This document shows positions 31,801 to 41,970 of a stretch of 64,000 nucleotides of DNA, piece by piece (position 1 is the stretch's first letter; every line of letters starts with the position of its first letter). The translations under genes and the position numbers were made by a program. The notes below the pieces were generated by a model. The model did no database searches. It was not told where the DNA came from and saw nothing but the letters and a program-made list of their open reading frames with translations. The DNA comes from Candidatus Hydrogenedentota bacterium (GTDB lineage: Bacteria > Hydrogenedentota > Hydrogenedentia > Hydrogenedentales > SLHB01): contig CAVUWV010000001.1 of assembly GCA_963745075.1 (NCBI GenBank), positions 224,001 to 288,000 on the forward strand. Reading direction: 5' to 3'.

Positions 31801-32601
31801 AACTCGAAAATCGACGCTCGTACGGTGCGTTGGTTGCCCGATGGCCACTCTTTCCTTACTGGTGGTGGCGAAAAGGTACAGGTCTGGTGCGCGAATACGA
31901 TGGAAAGTGACGAAGTCTTCGACCTGCGCCCGCATATGGCGGAAAACGTCGAGGTCGCACCTGACGGCCAATTCGTTGTGATTGGTAGCAACCGACTCGC
32001 CAGACTGGGCACGTCCGTTCACGTTTGGGATTTGAAAACCGGGCAACGCGTCCGTTCTACCGAAACGGAATCGGGACGCATCCGCGAGATCGATATCGCC
32101 GCCGATGCGGAGCACTGGGTGATCGTTTACGAGAGCGGGATATCCCAATTCTACTCCATCACGAGCGGAGAATGTGGGGATGAATTCCGCGCGCTGCATG
32201 GGGACGCAAGTGCTGCCGCGATTACGCGGGACGGAGCGATGCTGGCAGTCGGCGGCTTGGATGGGTCGATTGAGATCTGGGGTCTTGATTGGGAAGTGGC
32301 GTTCGAGAAACCAGGGGATTGGGAGCGGCGAATCGGACCGTATCTTGAATGCCTACTGCTTTCACAAATGAGGTCTGTCAGCTCTCGCACGAATCCGGCG
32401 GCGCGACTTGCCGGCCTTCTCCGAAAGGTCACCGCACTTCCGTCCGGCTTAGACCATGAGCGCGTGAAGGTCGCGTTGGGGCTTGCGGGATATGGTTGGC
32501 TCGTGCCACAAGATATTGAGCGCGCCACAAAAAATTGTCTGATCCATTTGAACGTTAGGCCAACCCGTCGGCACAGGAGACGTCGGAAACCAAGAACCTG
32601 A
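28840..32601 (+). CDS. Zn-ribbon + Hanks Ser/Thr kinase + TPR + WD40 repeats
   Basis: CICG..CPTC; GEGGMG, IAVK, HRDIKPSN, DFG; two blocks of GH...WD repeats. Start could be 28762. Confidence 0.9.
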   Translation: MLLATRQTCICGRSFNVPGELSRTTVICPTCTRPLFVPENEPAPTKPLSTNPFDAIYKPEGVILVDWHVGDVYLDIYEVRALIGEGGMGKVFRVYHRLWDLEIAVKCPSPKLLARLGGIDYFEQECNTWVNLGLHPHLATCYYVRRVGGVPRIFAEYVESGDVLDWINSGRLYSGGRDETLSRMLCVSLQCAWALSYAHDRGIIHRDIKPSNILLTAEGVAKVTDFGLAKSLQSAVRGNRQETSARFSGHTPAYCAPEQFRGGETSVRSDLWSWAVTVLHMFTGRIVWPSGPEASQVLSGKKALLEGHDSVPALPEPVRELLHSCLQNNPDHRPESMSWVTDSLEGIHESILGEPCPCARPTQAIPRAENLNNGAVSLQDLGDSEQAEFRWQEALDLSPNHPESTFNLALQRWRTGRITDEDVLHLIRNSSEHAAIRSEMLAEIHLERGDCESALTLLEADRPESPLLTVANDCLASSRRACVCLQPHVDAINGLRVSDSEKLIASVSTDNTIRLSTLQTGEELRTLAGHSSAIDQLWVSNDFGTIVTGALDRTVRLWDGCTGNCLWVGRTDWERVRAVALGNEGASILVAADENRVYSFDIRSGQLNRVVHGPNGWVVLILLSTDGRRAVSAQDHGCLHVWNTDNGHVEFSRHLPSTAITCLAMDHRGRWVAAGGAEGHVYCWSLGTDETPLVFAGHKGVVNAVAFSEDCSRIVSAGEDGTCRLWEVSNGRCLSTLIGDGTPVRAVAIAQDGEMAVSGDRSGGMTIWEIHADVVYRSASLRLSRSVSMEASASQESVFRESVSYTSALLSSGDIPAAIDELVRLRGDGDAGSRREALALWTRLYHVCHKKRVRGHWRIATLRGHDGPVRRIAWSSDNESLFGVDDAGFLRRWNVATGASDYHIQAHTGPALDLSLCEANGRIVTGGHDRMIRSWDSETGESVRTLEGHAAPVTSAQISPCGTRVLSSAWAVRLWDLASGRLLGSLENSKIDARTVRWLPDGHSFLTGGGEKVQVWCANTMESDEVFDLRPHMAENVEVAPDGQFVVIGSNRLARLGTSVHVWDLKTGQRVRSTETESGRIREIDIAADAEHWVIVYESGISQFYSITSGECGDEFRALHGDASAAAITRDGAMLAVGGLDGSIEIWGLDWEVAFEKPGDWERRIGPYLECLLLSQMRSVSSRTNPAARLAGLLRKVTALPSGLDHERVKVALGLAGYGWLVPQDIERATKNCLIHLNVRPTRRHRRRRKPRT

Positions 32602-32613
32602 GCGATTAAGACG

Positions 32614-35547
32614 ATGAGCCCATTTCTAGATTCCGATACCCACCCTGACGGAGATCCCATGGCCGTGCGTCGCAAGCATGCACTGCGGGAAGTGGCGCGC
32701 GTCGCGATGGCGGAATGTGTCGGCGGATTTCATTTTGGTCGATATGAAGATGACGTCCGAATGCTTCAGCGTCTTCACCACCGGGTTCAAACCCTCAAAG
32801 CAGAAGGACTTTCCCAGGAGGGGGACGCCATGAGGCGCGCCCGTTACGAGCGGGCACAGCAAGCCAGCTACGTTGCCGAATTGATTGTTGATGCCGACGG
32901 AGAGATGGTCTTACCTTCGACGGTAAAGATAGCAGTGGCCCGATATCGGGCCATCGATCGTCCCCAGCCCGAAGAGACCAGGGAACCAGTATCGACATCA
33001 CAGGGCGTGGTTGCTCTCTCATCGAATTCGTTCGAAGAAGTGGACGCCGCCGATGAGTCCGAAGACATGCCGACAGTGGCTTATGACGAAGCGGCGACTC
33101 GTATCCATGGGCTGGAATCCATCCCCGCGTGTGGCGCACCGCTCCCGGTTTTTGCCGTGTCGAAGTTGCCGGAAACATTGCAGGAACGAATCGAGAATCG
33201 ATTTGATAATGCCGATTATTGGTACTCCGAGCATCGACGAGCTGCAATCGGGATCGCGGGGATAGTGGCCGTCGCACTCCTGGCGGCCAACTTTACCGCA
33301 GCCATTTACATCGGCACTCATGAGCGCGATTACCTATCCGCACCGCACATCGGTGTCACTGCAGGTGGCGTGGAATTGACGCAGGGACAGGGGGCAGGCC
33401 AGGTATTGGAATCCACGGAGTCGCCTCCCCGGGATGAGGCAGGAAACAGGAGCTATCTCTTGTTTCAGATCTCTATCTTGGTCGCGCTGGCAGGTCTTCT
33501 CGGCTTCGTCGCATATCGCTCCCGACTAAAGAAGATTGACTTCATGGGACAATACTCACTGCGCATGGTAAAGGCCATCATGGTGCCGGTCAACGTCAGC
33601 GTGAAGCGTAGATTCACTCCGCTCCAACGTGCGCGATTCTACGACGATCCCGAGAACCTAATACCGGTTCGGTCCTTGACTTCGTTTGAACGCCGGGTAC
33701 GGGCTGCTCAAGTCGCAGCCTTGGTTCTACTTACTGTTGCGCTTTTCGTCCCGCAGGTCATCCGGATGGTCCAGGCTGCCAACCTATCCGTGCAATCAAC
33801 GGAAGTGAACACGACAAACGGAAGTAGCACCGAGCTTCATGCGTCCTACGCTACGGAGTCCGAGCCGGTGGACGAGGGAATACGTGACCAGCTCCGTTCT
33901 CAATATGCCCGGCTTACAGCCCTGATTATTCTCACTCTCCTCATGCTTTTCGTGGCCTACTTGTTGCGGAGGTTTCACCGGGCAAGCCGCAACTATATCC
34001 AAGGATTTGATCCCTCGCGGCACCATCAATATACGTCGGGAAGACTACCCGCCGAACCAAAACCGTGGGCACGCGCGGAATCGGAGCAGGAGCCACCAAT
34101 CGATCATGAAGACCCGTACAGCGCCAAAGTGCGAAAAATTGCCGATCAAGCAAAGGAGCTCTCCTTTGCAAAGCAATTCAAGATTGAGGCGATGATCGCG
34201 TGGTACCGCATTTTCAACAAGTGGCGTGTACTGAGCATTTTCGTACTGCTTGTCGACAATACCCTCCGATTTATGGGCGTGATCGTTTTCGGCGCCATGC
34301 TTGTACTTAGCGTAGTCATGCCGCTTATGGTACTCGTCATGTTTCAGGATGGTAACGGCCCGCAAGCAGTTGCGCTTCGGTCTTTTGCTGAAGAAATGTT
34401 TCCCGAAATGTACCCCGACAAACCGTCTGAAGAAGAGAGTATAACTGGTGAGGAAAAAATCGCAGGTTCTGCCGAGGAACTTACAGCTCAGGGGCGGCTA
34501 AACCTGGAGGTCCCCGAACCTGTCGAAATTCAACCAAAAGACCGGTGGGTCTTGCCTTACGTCTTGGTGCTGACGGGTATTGCGGGTATTAACCTGTTGT
34601 TGATGGGGTTGCGTCTGCTCGCTCGCCGGCGGACCGAGCTGCGCGTTGCGGGCACCAATTTGCGACTGACAACGGAAGCCGCAATTTCGTCGCTGGTTGT
34701 TATTGCAGCCCTTTGGCTTTGGGACCGCAACCCCGGCTATGCGATGGTCCAGGAAGTGTCCGAACAGGTACATGCCCTGCCCTACCGCACGCCGCTCGAT
34801 CCGTCGCGCGTTCAGGTTCTCACGGAGGGGAAGTTTTTTGCGCAATACTTCCTACCGGAGTCGACGTTTTCAGACGTATGGTATGTCGACCGTAGTAGCC
34901 CGGGTCCGCTGTGTGATGGGCAGTCGTGGAACACGGCTTACCACACGATTGAGGAGGGAGTACTTGCGGCAGCGTTTGCCGGTGGGGGTGAGGTGTGGGT
35001 GGCGAAAGGCTACTACCGGCCTAAACCGTTCTCAATATCGGGCTCGGAAGGGCTCGTGGCCGGCTTAGGGGTTCCAAATAATGTGCATGTCTTTGGCGGG
35101 TTCGGCGGGTCGAATCCTGGCGGGCACGAAGAATCACGGCTGGAGCGCAACTGGGACGCAAATGTAACTGTGCTGGACTTTCGGCCGGACGATTCGATGG
35201 AAGCTCGGTCAACGTGGATTTATGGGTTCGGCAACTGGACGTTGGATGGGCTTGTGGTCGTTGGAGGTCGCATCGTGGCCGATTCTGCGGCACGGAGTTG
35301 GGACGGCAGTCCACACGTGAACGGCGTTATTGGCAATGTGCAACTGGTGTATCCGGGCGTTCCGACTGCCTGCGCTATAGCCGGGGCTGACGACCAGCTT
35401 ATATTTCATCACACGATTCTCGTTGGTTCGGAAGGGGTGGTTCCGATGAAGTTCGAGGCGCGCATGACGTATCCGGGCATCTGGGATCCGGAAATTCGTC
35501 AACCCGCAATTGGTCCCCCGAGGCAACTGGCGTTATTCTCGAGGTGA
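32614..35547 (+). CDS. Large multi-pass membrane hypothetical protein with a C-terminal beta-helix-cap-like domain
   Basis: 977-aa ORF 12 bp after the kinase stop; about 8 hydrophobic segments; WYVD..DGQSWNTAYHTI..GGEVWVAKGYY..VFGGFGG motif. Confidence 0.7.
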   Translation: MSPFLDSDTHPDGDPMAVRRKHALREVARVAMAECVGGFHFGRYEDDVRMLQRLHHRVQTLKAEGLSQEGDAMRRARYERAQQASYVAELIVDADGEMVLPSTVKIAVARYRAIDRPQPEETREPVSTSQGVVALSSNSFEEVDAADESEDMPTVAYDEAATRIHGLESIPACGAPLPVFAVSKLPETLQERIENRFDNADYWYSEHRRAAIGIAGIVAVALLAANFTAAIYIGTHERDYLSAPHIGVTAGGVELTQGQGAGQVLESTESPPRDEAGNRSYLLFQISILVALAGLLGFVAYRSRLKKIDFMGQYSLRMVKAIMVPVNVSVKRRFTPLQRARFYDDPENLIPVRSLTSFERRVRAAQVAALVLLTVALFVPQVIRMVQAANLSVQSTEVNTTNGSSTELHASYATESEPVDEGIRDQLRSQYARLTALIILTLLMLFVAYLLRRFHRASRNYIQGFDPSRHHQYTSGRLPAEPKPWARAESEQEPPIDHEDPYSAKVRKIADQAKELSFAKQFKIEAMIAWYRIFNKWRVLSIFVLLVDNTLRFMGVIVFGAMLVLSVVMPLMVLVMFQDGNGPQAVALRSFAEEMFPEMYPDKPSEEESITGEEKIAGSAEELTAQGRLNLEVPEPVEIQPKDRWVLPYVLVLTGIAGINLLLMGLRLLARRRTELRVAGTNLRLTTEAAISSLVVIAALWLWDRNPGYAMVQEVSEQVHALPYRTPLDPSRVQVLTEGKFFAQYFLPESTFSDVWYVDRSSPGPLCDGQSWNTAYHTIEEGVLAAAFAGGGEVWVAKGYYRPKPFSISGSEGLVAGLGVPNNVHVFGGFGGSNPGGHEESRLERNWDANVTVLDFRPDDSMEARSTWIYGFGNWTLDGLVVVGGRIVADSAARSWDGSPHVNGVIGNVQLVYPGVPTACAIAGADDQLIFHHTILVGSEGVVPMKFEARMTYPGIWDPEIRQPAIGPPRQLALFSR

Positions 35548-35938
35548 TCGGAGCGAAAGAACGTGTTTGTGGAGCGACATACCGGACGTTTGGCGCGAGC
35601 CGACTCGACCGGCGGCAGACATTTGAAAGCCATATCTGAAGATCCCATGGTTAGCGACATGAATGTCCACCCAACGGCCATCATCATCTGTCCTGTGCGT
35701 GATTAGAGTGTGTACCACTGGGGCGTGGCGGCAATCAAACCGTTGATGTGGTTCTTGCGCGTCTTGCAGGCAATTTGGCCCTGTCGCGGATTAACAAGGG
35801 AGCTGCGGACTGCCGCAGCGGTTTAGGCTATACTACCGCAAAACCTGAGAAAGGCCGGCGCAAAGTACATCCTATGATTCCTGTTCAGCATCCAAATGGG
35901 CCCCGAAGCTGTGCATGCACTTGGTTTGGAGGACACGC

Positions 35939-37961
35939 ATGGCTCGTTTCCTAAACTTGACGTTACTACGCGGTGATCAGCCCGTTTTCGGTGGGGGGAA
36001 TGCGAACGACGCTGGATCCATCCAAGAGGTCGCGGAGTTTACGCGTCGCGCAAAACGGGGTGACACGGAAGCGCAGTATCAGCTGGGTTCTCTCTATTGC
36101 CAAGGACTGGACGTTCCCAAGGATTACGCGGAGGCTGCGCGCTGGTATCAAAAGGCTGCAGAGCAAGGGGAACTGCGGTCTCAATTCAACCTCGGGGCAC
36201 TTTACTATTTTGGACAGGGCGTCCCACAAGATCGTGCCATTGCCGCGACATGGTTCGAGAAAGCCGCCGAACAGGGAGACCGGAGAGCCCAATACAATCT
36301 GGGAGCAATGTACTATCGCGGAGAGGGCGTTCCGACAAACTTTATCGCGGCCGCCAAGTGGTTTCAGCACGCTGCCGAGCAGGGGGAACCGAGGGCCCAA
36401 CTGAATCTGGGGGTGTTGTACCATTACGGGCAAGGTGTAACGCAGGACTCTCACGAAGCTGCGAAGTGGTACCGTGCGGCCGCGGACCACAACGATCCAA
36501 ACGCCCAATTGAGCCTGGGTCTCCTGTATTACGGCGGTAAAGGCATCCCGCGCGACTATGCAGAAGCGTTTTCGTGGTATCTGAAAGCTGCGTATCAGGG
36601 TGTAGCCAAGGCTCAACTCAACGTTGGGGTGATGTACCATCGAGGGGAAGGTGTTGTCCAGGATTTCGCGGAAGCCGCCAAGTGGTACCGTAAAGCATCC
36701 GAACAAGGAAGTGCACAGGCGCAGTACAACCTCGGATCCCTGTACCGTCGAGGACAGGGCGTGCCCCAGAGTTTTACCGAGGCCGCCAAGTGGTGCCGTA
36801 AGGCCGCTGACCAGGGCTTTGCGCTGGCTCAGTGTTACCTGGCAACCTTGTACCTTCAGGGTCGCGGGGTAAGCCAAGATTACGCAGAAGCTCTTCAGTG
36901 GTACCGGAAAGCGGCCGAGCAATCCAACGCAAAGGCCCAGTGTTACCTCGGCTACATGCACGAACGAGGCAAGGGCGTTCCACAGGATCTTGCCCTGGCC
37001 ATTAAGTGGTATCGTCAAGCGGCGAAAAAAGGATTTGCGAAGGCTCAATGCAGACTCGGTTCCATGCGTGCGAATGGAAAAGGGCTTGACCAAGACTTCG
37101 CTAAAGCGATGGTGTGGTATCGGAAGGCCGCCGAGCAGGACTTGGCCGAAGCCTTTTACTATATTGGATTGATGTACGCTGGGGAAGGGGGTCCAACAGG
37201 ACGACGCGAAGGCGATGTCTTGGTATCGCAAAGCTGCCGACAAAGGATTTCCCTTGGCCCAGGAGACCCTCGGGAGGGCGTGCCTTCACGGAAAAGCGAT
37301 CCAACAGAACTTCACCGACGCGGCCAAGTGGTTTAGGCGGGCGGCCGAACAAGGGGTTGCCAGCGCGCAATGCAGCCTCGGTCTGTTGTACGCGGAAGGG
37401 ACGGGTATTCCCCAGGACTATTCCCAAGCAGCCAAGTGGTTTAGGCGGGCGGCCGAACAAGGAATTGCCAGCGCGCAATATAACCTAGGTCTGCTGTACG
37501 CGGAAGGGAAGGGCATCCCTCAGGACTATTCGCAGGCGGTTAAGTGGTTTCGGGAAGGTACTCAGGGGGGCGACTACCGGGCCTGCTATCAACTTGGCGT
37601 TTTGTACGCCGAGGGTTTAGGTGTACCACAGGATTGTGCAGTGGCGATGGGCTGTTTTCGTCAAGCCGCGGAGCGTGGAGATCCTCGAGCGCAGCTTAAG
37701 CTTGGTGTCCTTCATCGAAATGGAACCGGCGTATTGCAGGATTACGTCGAAGCTTACGTGTGGTTTAACTTGGCGGCGGCACGGGGGGACAAGCAAGCCA
37801 TGCAATGGAGGGACGACATGGCACCGATGATGACAAGAGATGCCGTCGCAGAAGCCCAAAGTCGTTGCGCAGACTGGAACAAGAGAATTGAGGAAACCAA
37901 TTCTGGCCCTTCCGCAGTCGTGGCAATGGACACTTCGGCTCACGATTTTGAATCCACGTAG
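35939..37961 (+). CDS. Sel1-like repeat protein (16 repeats), frameshift in G-runs near 37185
   Basis: Repeated AQxxLGxxYxxGxGVxQDxxxAxxWYxKAAxQG across ORFs 35915..37336 and 37215..37961; GGAGG RBS before 35939. Confidence 0.92.
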
Positions 37962-38125
37962 TGGATGGGTAAGTCACAGTTTTTCAATGTCTTATGCCGC
38001 CTCAATGAAGCTCGATGTCTGGACTTTCGCCAGCGGTCGGCCAGCCGTCTGCCAAAGGGAATTCAACGGCTGCCGCGAATTCACCTTTGGCGCACGTTCA
38101 CCGTTGGTAGTTGGGGATTTCTGGG

Positions 38126-39370
38126 CTATCTGGGTCCCCATCCTGCCATTGAAAGAAGGGTCGGCCCAATTGAACTGGCTGTCAGCCAAAAGAGATACGC
38201 TAGCATCGCGAGCCCCACGATACCCAAGCCAATACTCACCGGGCCGTTCCGCAGGTCCCCCATGGTCTTCTTGCTGGACGTGATGACGAGAAGGACGATC
38301 CCCGCAAGCGGCGCAGCAATAAGCGTCGAGGCTTGAGCCAACAGGACCGAGGTCGTGTTCCCGGCGCTGAAAACTAATGTCGTGATGCCGATGACGCATC
38401 CAATCACCATGCACAGCGCCGCGAGCATCCGAGCCGGCTTTCCGTCCAGCCGCGAGTCCAGACCCAGTCCGTCGGCGAGGATCGACCCCCCCGCGCAAGC
38501 GTTTACGATGAACGACGAGAACGACGCCGCGCCCAATCCCAGGCAGAACACCAGATTCGCAAAGGGTCCAAGCAGATCGCCGAACTGATTGGCAAGATCG
38601 CCCGCGGACTGGAAGCTCGCGCCGGTTGCATGGAGGGTCTGCGCCGCGCCGATCATGATGACGATGACGATGGTTCCCAACACCGCAATGCCGGTCCACG
38701 CGTCGCCGACGGCATTGGACAGGTTCTCCCGGTTCCAGCCCTTGGCGCGTACGAGGTAAGCCTGATACAAGGCGGCGATCACCGAGAAATTCGTCGCCAG
38801 CATGGCCGCCGCGATGGTCGTCTGTTCCTTGGTCAACCGCGGAACCAGTCCCGCCGCGAGTTTCGGCACGCTCACGCCGGTGAAGAACAGGTTCGCCGCG
38901 AAACAGACGATCATGATGGCGACCAAGGCCATCATCCCGCGTTCCAGCACTACGTAAAGGTGGCGGGCAAAAAACAGAAACGCCAACGACAGCCCGGTGA
39001 ATACCAGCGGCCAGACCCACAAGGGCGTCTTCGTGACCCCACTCACGGCGAACGCAACACCCAGATTGTTGCCGAACTGGAACCCCGCGCATACGAAGAA
39101 GGCCGATAGGCCCACCAACACCGACAGGACTTTCCCGCGATGTTCCGCGAGATACTCCAGCGGCGTGGTGTCGAGCGCGCATCCCAGCCGCGCACCCATG
39201 GCCGTATACGTCGCCATAAGTATGGCCGCGGCGACCACCACCCAGACCAGTCCGTAGCCCGCTTCGGCCCCCGCCCGGCTCGACGCGATGATGCTACCAG
39301 GCCCAAGTACCACCGAAGCCGTGATCAATCCAGGACCCACCCTGCGCAGGAATTGTCGGAGGAGATTCAT
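38126..39370 (-). CDS. NRAMP-family (YcsG-like) divalent cation transporter
   Basis: VGPGLITASVVLGPGS..GAEAGYGLVW; FQFGNNLG; about 11 TM segments. Confidence 0.8.
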   Translation of the reverse strand: MNLLRQFLRRVGPGLITASVVLGPGSIIASSRAGAEAGYGLVWVVVAAAILMATYTAMGARLGCALDTTPLEYLAEHRGKVLSVLVGLSAFFVCAGFQFGNNLGVAFAVSGVTKTPLWVWPLVFTGLSLAFLFFARHLYVVLERGMMALVAIMIVCFAANLFFTGVSVPKLAAGLVPRLTKEQTTIAAAMLATNFSVIAALYQAYLVRAKGWNRENLSNAVGDAWTGIAVLGTIVIVIMIGAAQTLHATGASFQSAGDLANQFGDLLGPFANLVFCLGLGAASFSSFIVNACAGGSILADGLGLDSRLDGKPARMLAALCMVIGCVIGITTLVFSAGNTTSVLLAQASTLIAAPLAGIVLLVITSSKKTMGDLRNGPVSIGLGIVGLAMLAYLFWLTASSIGPTLLSMAGWGPR

Positions 39371-39607
39371 GGGCAGCGATATTGACGGGACGGGGATGCG
39401 ATGTCAAGGAATGGGATTCGATTCCAGCGGCGCGTAAAGATGCACCTAATCTGTCGACTTTACTGTATAATGCCGCCCGAAGTTCGCTTACGGGGCGCGT
39501 TCCAATGAGATACAGGCGCTTTGCCACTCGCATGCTGGGAGATTCCGAAATGGGCGGCCGGCATAGTGCCGGGCCATCGGGGCGCGCCGTCAGGGAGTGA
39601 ACTTGGC

Positions 39608-41050
39608 ATGAATGAACTCTATGCGGTCGTAACCTTACTCGTGCTCAGCGCGGGGCTGGCCGGGTTTCTCGTCTGGTACGCGTGGCGGCACCGGAGCACC
39701 AGTGGCAGTTGCTACTTTTCCTTCCTGACACTTTCACTCGCATTGTACGCGCTCACGGTCGCCGTGGAACTCCTGTCCCGCGACGTCTCCACCAAAATCC
39801 TGCTCTCCAAATGCCAGTATCTCTTTAACGGAAATCTGGCGCCGCTCTGGATGTTATTTGCCCTGAGCTATGCCGAAATGGATCGATGGATAACCCGCCC
39901 CCGCGTGATCCTTCTCTGGGTAGTCCCGGTCTGCGTACTCGCGCTGGTCTGGACCAATGAGTGGCACCACCTCGCGTGGCCCTCGGTTACCCCCATCCCC
40001 GGTCATCCGGCCGGCCTGGTGTTATACGAACACGGACCGGCGGTGTGGACGCTGGCCGTATACTCCTACCTGCTGATGTTTATCGGTACCGTGATTCTCG
40101 TGGCCGCCGCCCTTCGATCTCCCCGACTGTACAAGAGCCAGATTGTGGCGCTGATCGTTGGAGCCGGTTTGCCGTGGGTCGGGAATATGCTCTACATGAG
40201 CGGGCTGAGTCCGCTGCAAGGGTTCGATCTGATGCCGGTCTTCTTCGCCTTGTCCGGCGGTTTCCTGGGCTGGGGCGTGTTCCGTTACCACCTGTTCGAG
40301 ATGACCCCGATCGCGCTCAACACGGTCCTATCCAACATGTCCGAAGGCGTCATTCTGGTGGATTCCGCGCATCGCATCATCAACATCAATCCGTCCGCGC
40401 GCAAGCTTCTGGGGGTAACACGCAGCGCCATTGGCGAATGCCTGGAATCCCTCGGGGCCTTCGGCGCTTCGTTGGCCGCCATGAAGGAGCGCACGAGACT
40501 TCACAAGTTGAATGCCGCGTTCCCCGGCGTCAACTTGCCGATGTGGATGGAAGTCACGATGCGGACCGTGGCGTCACCCCGCAGGGGACCCGAAACACGG
40601 CTGATTCTCATACGTGACGTCACCGCGAATAGGTTGGCCGAGGAGGCCCTGAACCGCGAAATCCGATTCAGCCGGCTGGTTATTGAAAACGTGGCCGAGG
40701 GGCTATGCGTATGCCACGCAATAGACGATTTTCCGCATCTGGAGTTCCGGCTCTGGAACGAGCGCATGACCGAATTGACGGGCTACACCATGGACGAAAT
40801 CAATCGTCTGGGCTGGTACCAAAGCCTCTATCCCGATCCGGAATTGCAGAACAAGGCCATGGAGCGGACCGCACGCCTGCGAGAAGGCGAACACCTGGTA
40901 TCAGAAGAGTGGCCGATCACCCGGAAGGACGGCCAGCGCCGGATCTTTTCCATATCCACCTCCGCCGTCCGCGGCGAGAACGACGAAATCCACGTCCTGG
41001 CATTAATAACCGACATCACCGGGCGTGGCCAATCGTCGCAGACGACGTGA
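39608..41050 (+). CDS. HisKA_7TM sensor with two PAS domains and no output domain
   Basis: 7TM region (WTNEWHHL, PWVGN, DLMP), PAS (EGVILVD..INPSA), PAS/PAC (LTGYTMDE..DIT), then stop. Confidence 0.8.
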   Translation: MNELYAVVTLLVLSAGLAGFLVWYAWRHRSTSGSCYFSFLTLSLALYALTVAVELLSRDVSTKILLSKCQYLFNGNLAPLWMLFALSYAEMDRWITRPRVILLWVVPVCVLALVWTNEWHHLAWPSVTPIPGHPAGLVLYEHGPAVWTLAVYSYLLMFIGTVILVAAALRSPRLYKSQIVALIVGAGLPWVGNMLYMSGLSPLQGFDLMPVFFALSGGFLGWGVFRYHLFEMTPIALNTVLSNMSEGVILVDSAHRIININPSARKLLGVTRSAIGECLESLGAFGASLAAMKERTRLHKLNAAFPGVNLPMWMEVTMRTVASPRRGPETRLILIRDVTANRLAEEALNREIRFSRLVIENVAEGLCVCHAIDDFPHLEFRLWNERMTELTGYTMDEINRLGWYQSLYPDPELQNKAMERTARLREGEHLVSEEWPITRKDGQRRIFSISTSAVRGENDEIHVLALITDITGRGQSSQTT

Positions 41051-41128
41051 GGAATCGGGGCAGTCTGGCAAATCGCGCCGTGTTCCCATCGTCGGCTCCG
41101 GCGCGCCCTACCAATCGGCAGTTTTACA

Positions 41129-41137
41129 TGCTATAAT
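41129..41137 (+). promoter_or_regulatory. Extended -10 element upstream of cysC
   Basis: TGCTATAAT about 55 bp before the ATG. Confidence 0.5.
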
Positions 41138-41192
41138 CCCGTTTCTTACCCGATTTTCTCGATTACGTAACCAAATCTTTATGGAGTGAGGA

Positions 41193-41804
41193 ATGGCTGA
41201 CAAAGTAAAAGCAACCAATATCACCTGGCACCACGCGGACATCACGAAAGAAGACCGCGAGAAGCAAAACGGCCACAAGGCTGCGGTCATTTGGTTTACG
41301 GGGTTGTCCGGTTCGGGCAAGTCTACCCTGGCCCATGCCGTGGAAAACGCCCTTTTCGAGGCGGGCTGCCGCACCTTCGTGCTCGACGGTGACAACGTCC
41401 GCCACGGGCTGAATAAGGACCTGGGCTTTTCGCCCGAAGATCGCGAGGAAAACATCCGCCGCATCGGCGAAGTGGCTCATTTGTTCACCCAGGCCGGCGT
41501 CATCGCCATGACGGCGTTCATTTCTCCCTATCGTGCCGACCGGGACAAGGCCCGTGCCATCGCCGGCGAGGGCAACTTCATCGAAGTCTTTCTGAAGTGT
41601 GCGTTGGAGGTGTGCGAGGAACGGGACCCCAAGGGCCTTTACAAGAAGGCCCGGGCCGGCGAGATTCCCGAGTTCACCGGTATCTCGGCGCCCTATGAGG
41701 AACCGAACAAGCCCGAGATCATCGTCGACACCGGCGCGCAGACGTTGGAGGAATCGGCGCAAGCGGTACTGGCCGCGCTCCGCGAACGCGGAATTATCGA
41801 GTAA
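41193..41804 (+). CDS. cysC: Adenylyl-sulfate kinase
   Basis: [41 protein letters not shown]. Confidence 0.97.
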   Translation: MADKVKATNITWHHADITKEDREKQNGHKAAVIWFTGLSGSGKSTLAHAVENALFEAGCRTFVLDGDNVRHGLNKDLGFSPEDREENIRRIGEVAHLFTQAGVIAMTAFISPYRADRDKARAIAGEGNFIEVFLKCALEVCEERDPKGLYKKARAGEIPEFTGISAPYEEPNKPEIIVDTGAQTLEESAQAVLAALRERGIIE

Positions 41805-41905
41805 CACCGGTCTCCCATTGGGGCGGATTCATTGAACCTATCTTGCGGGGCTTGCGGAGTTTGAATCCATTCCCTTGGGGGTGGACTCAACTTTCAACCC
41901 CAACG

Positions 41906-41944
41906 CCACAATATATTGCGTGTCGCAGGGCGTTGTGCTACAAT
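41906..41944 (+). promoter_or_regulatory. NrdR-box-like site overlapping a sigma70 promoter
   Basis: CCACAATATATTGCGT (41906-21) matches consensus acaCwAtATaTwGtgt at 14 of 16 positions; TTGCGT-N17-TACAAT with an extended TG. Confidence 0.55.
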
Positions 41945-41970
41945 CTACCCTCAAACAGGGGTAAAGCACC

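Noticed and set aside
36060..37800. Periodic 108-bp DNA similarity as a CRISPR or non-coding array
   Set aside because: Explained by coding Sel1 repeats; there are no unique spacers.
28500..38100. Calling the kinase block a mobile element
   Set aside because: No integrase, transposase, tRNA or flanking direct repeat was found.
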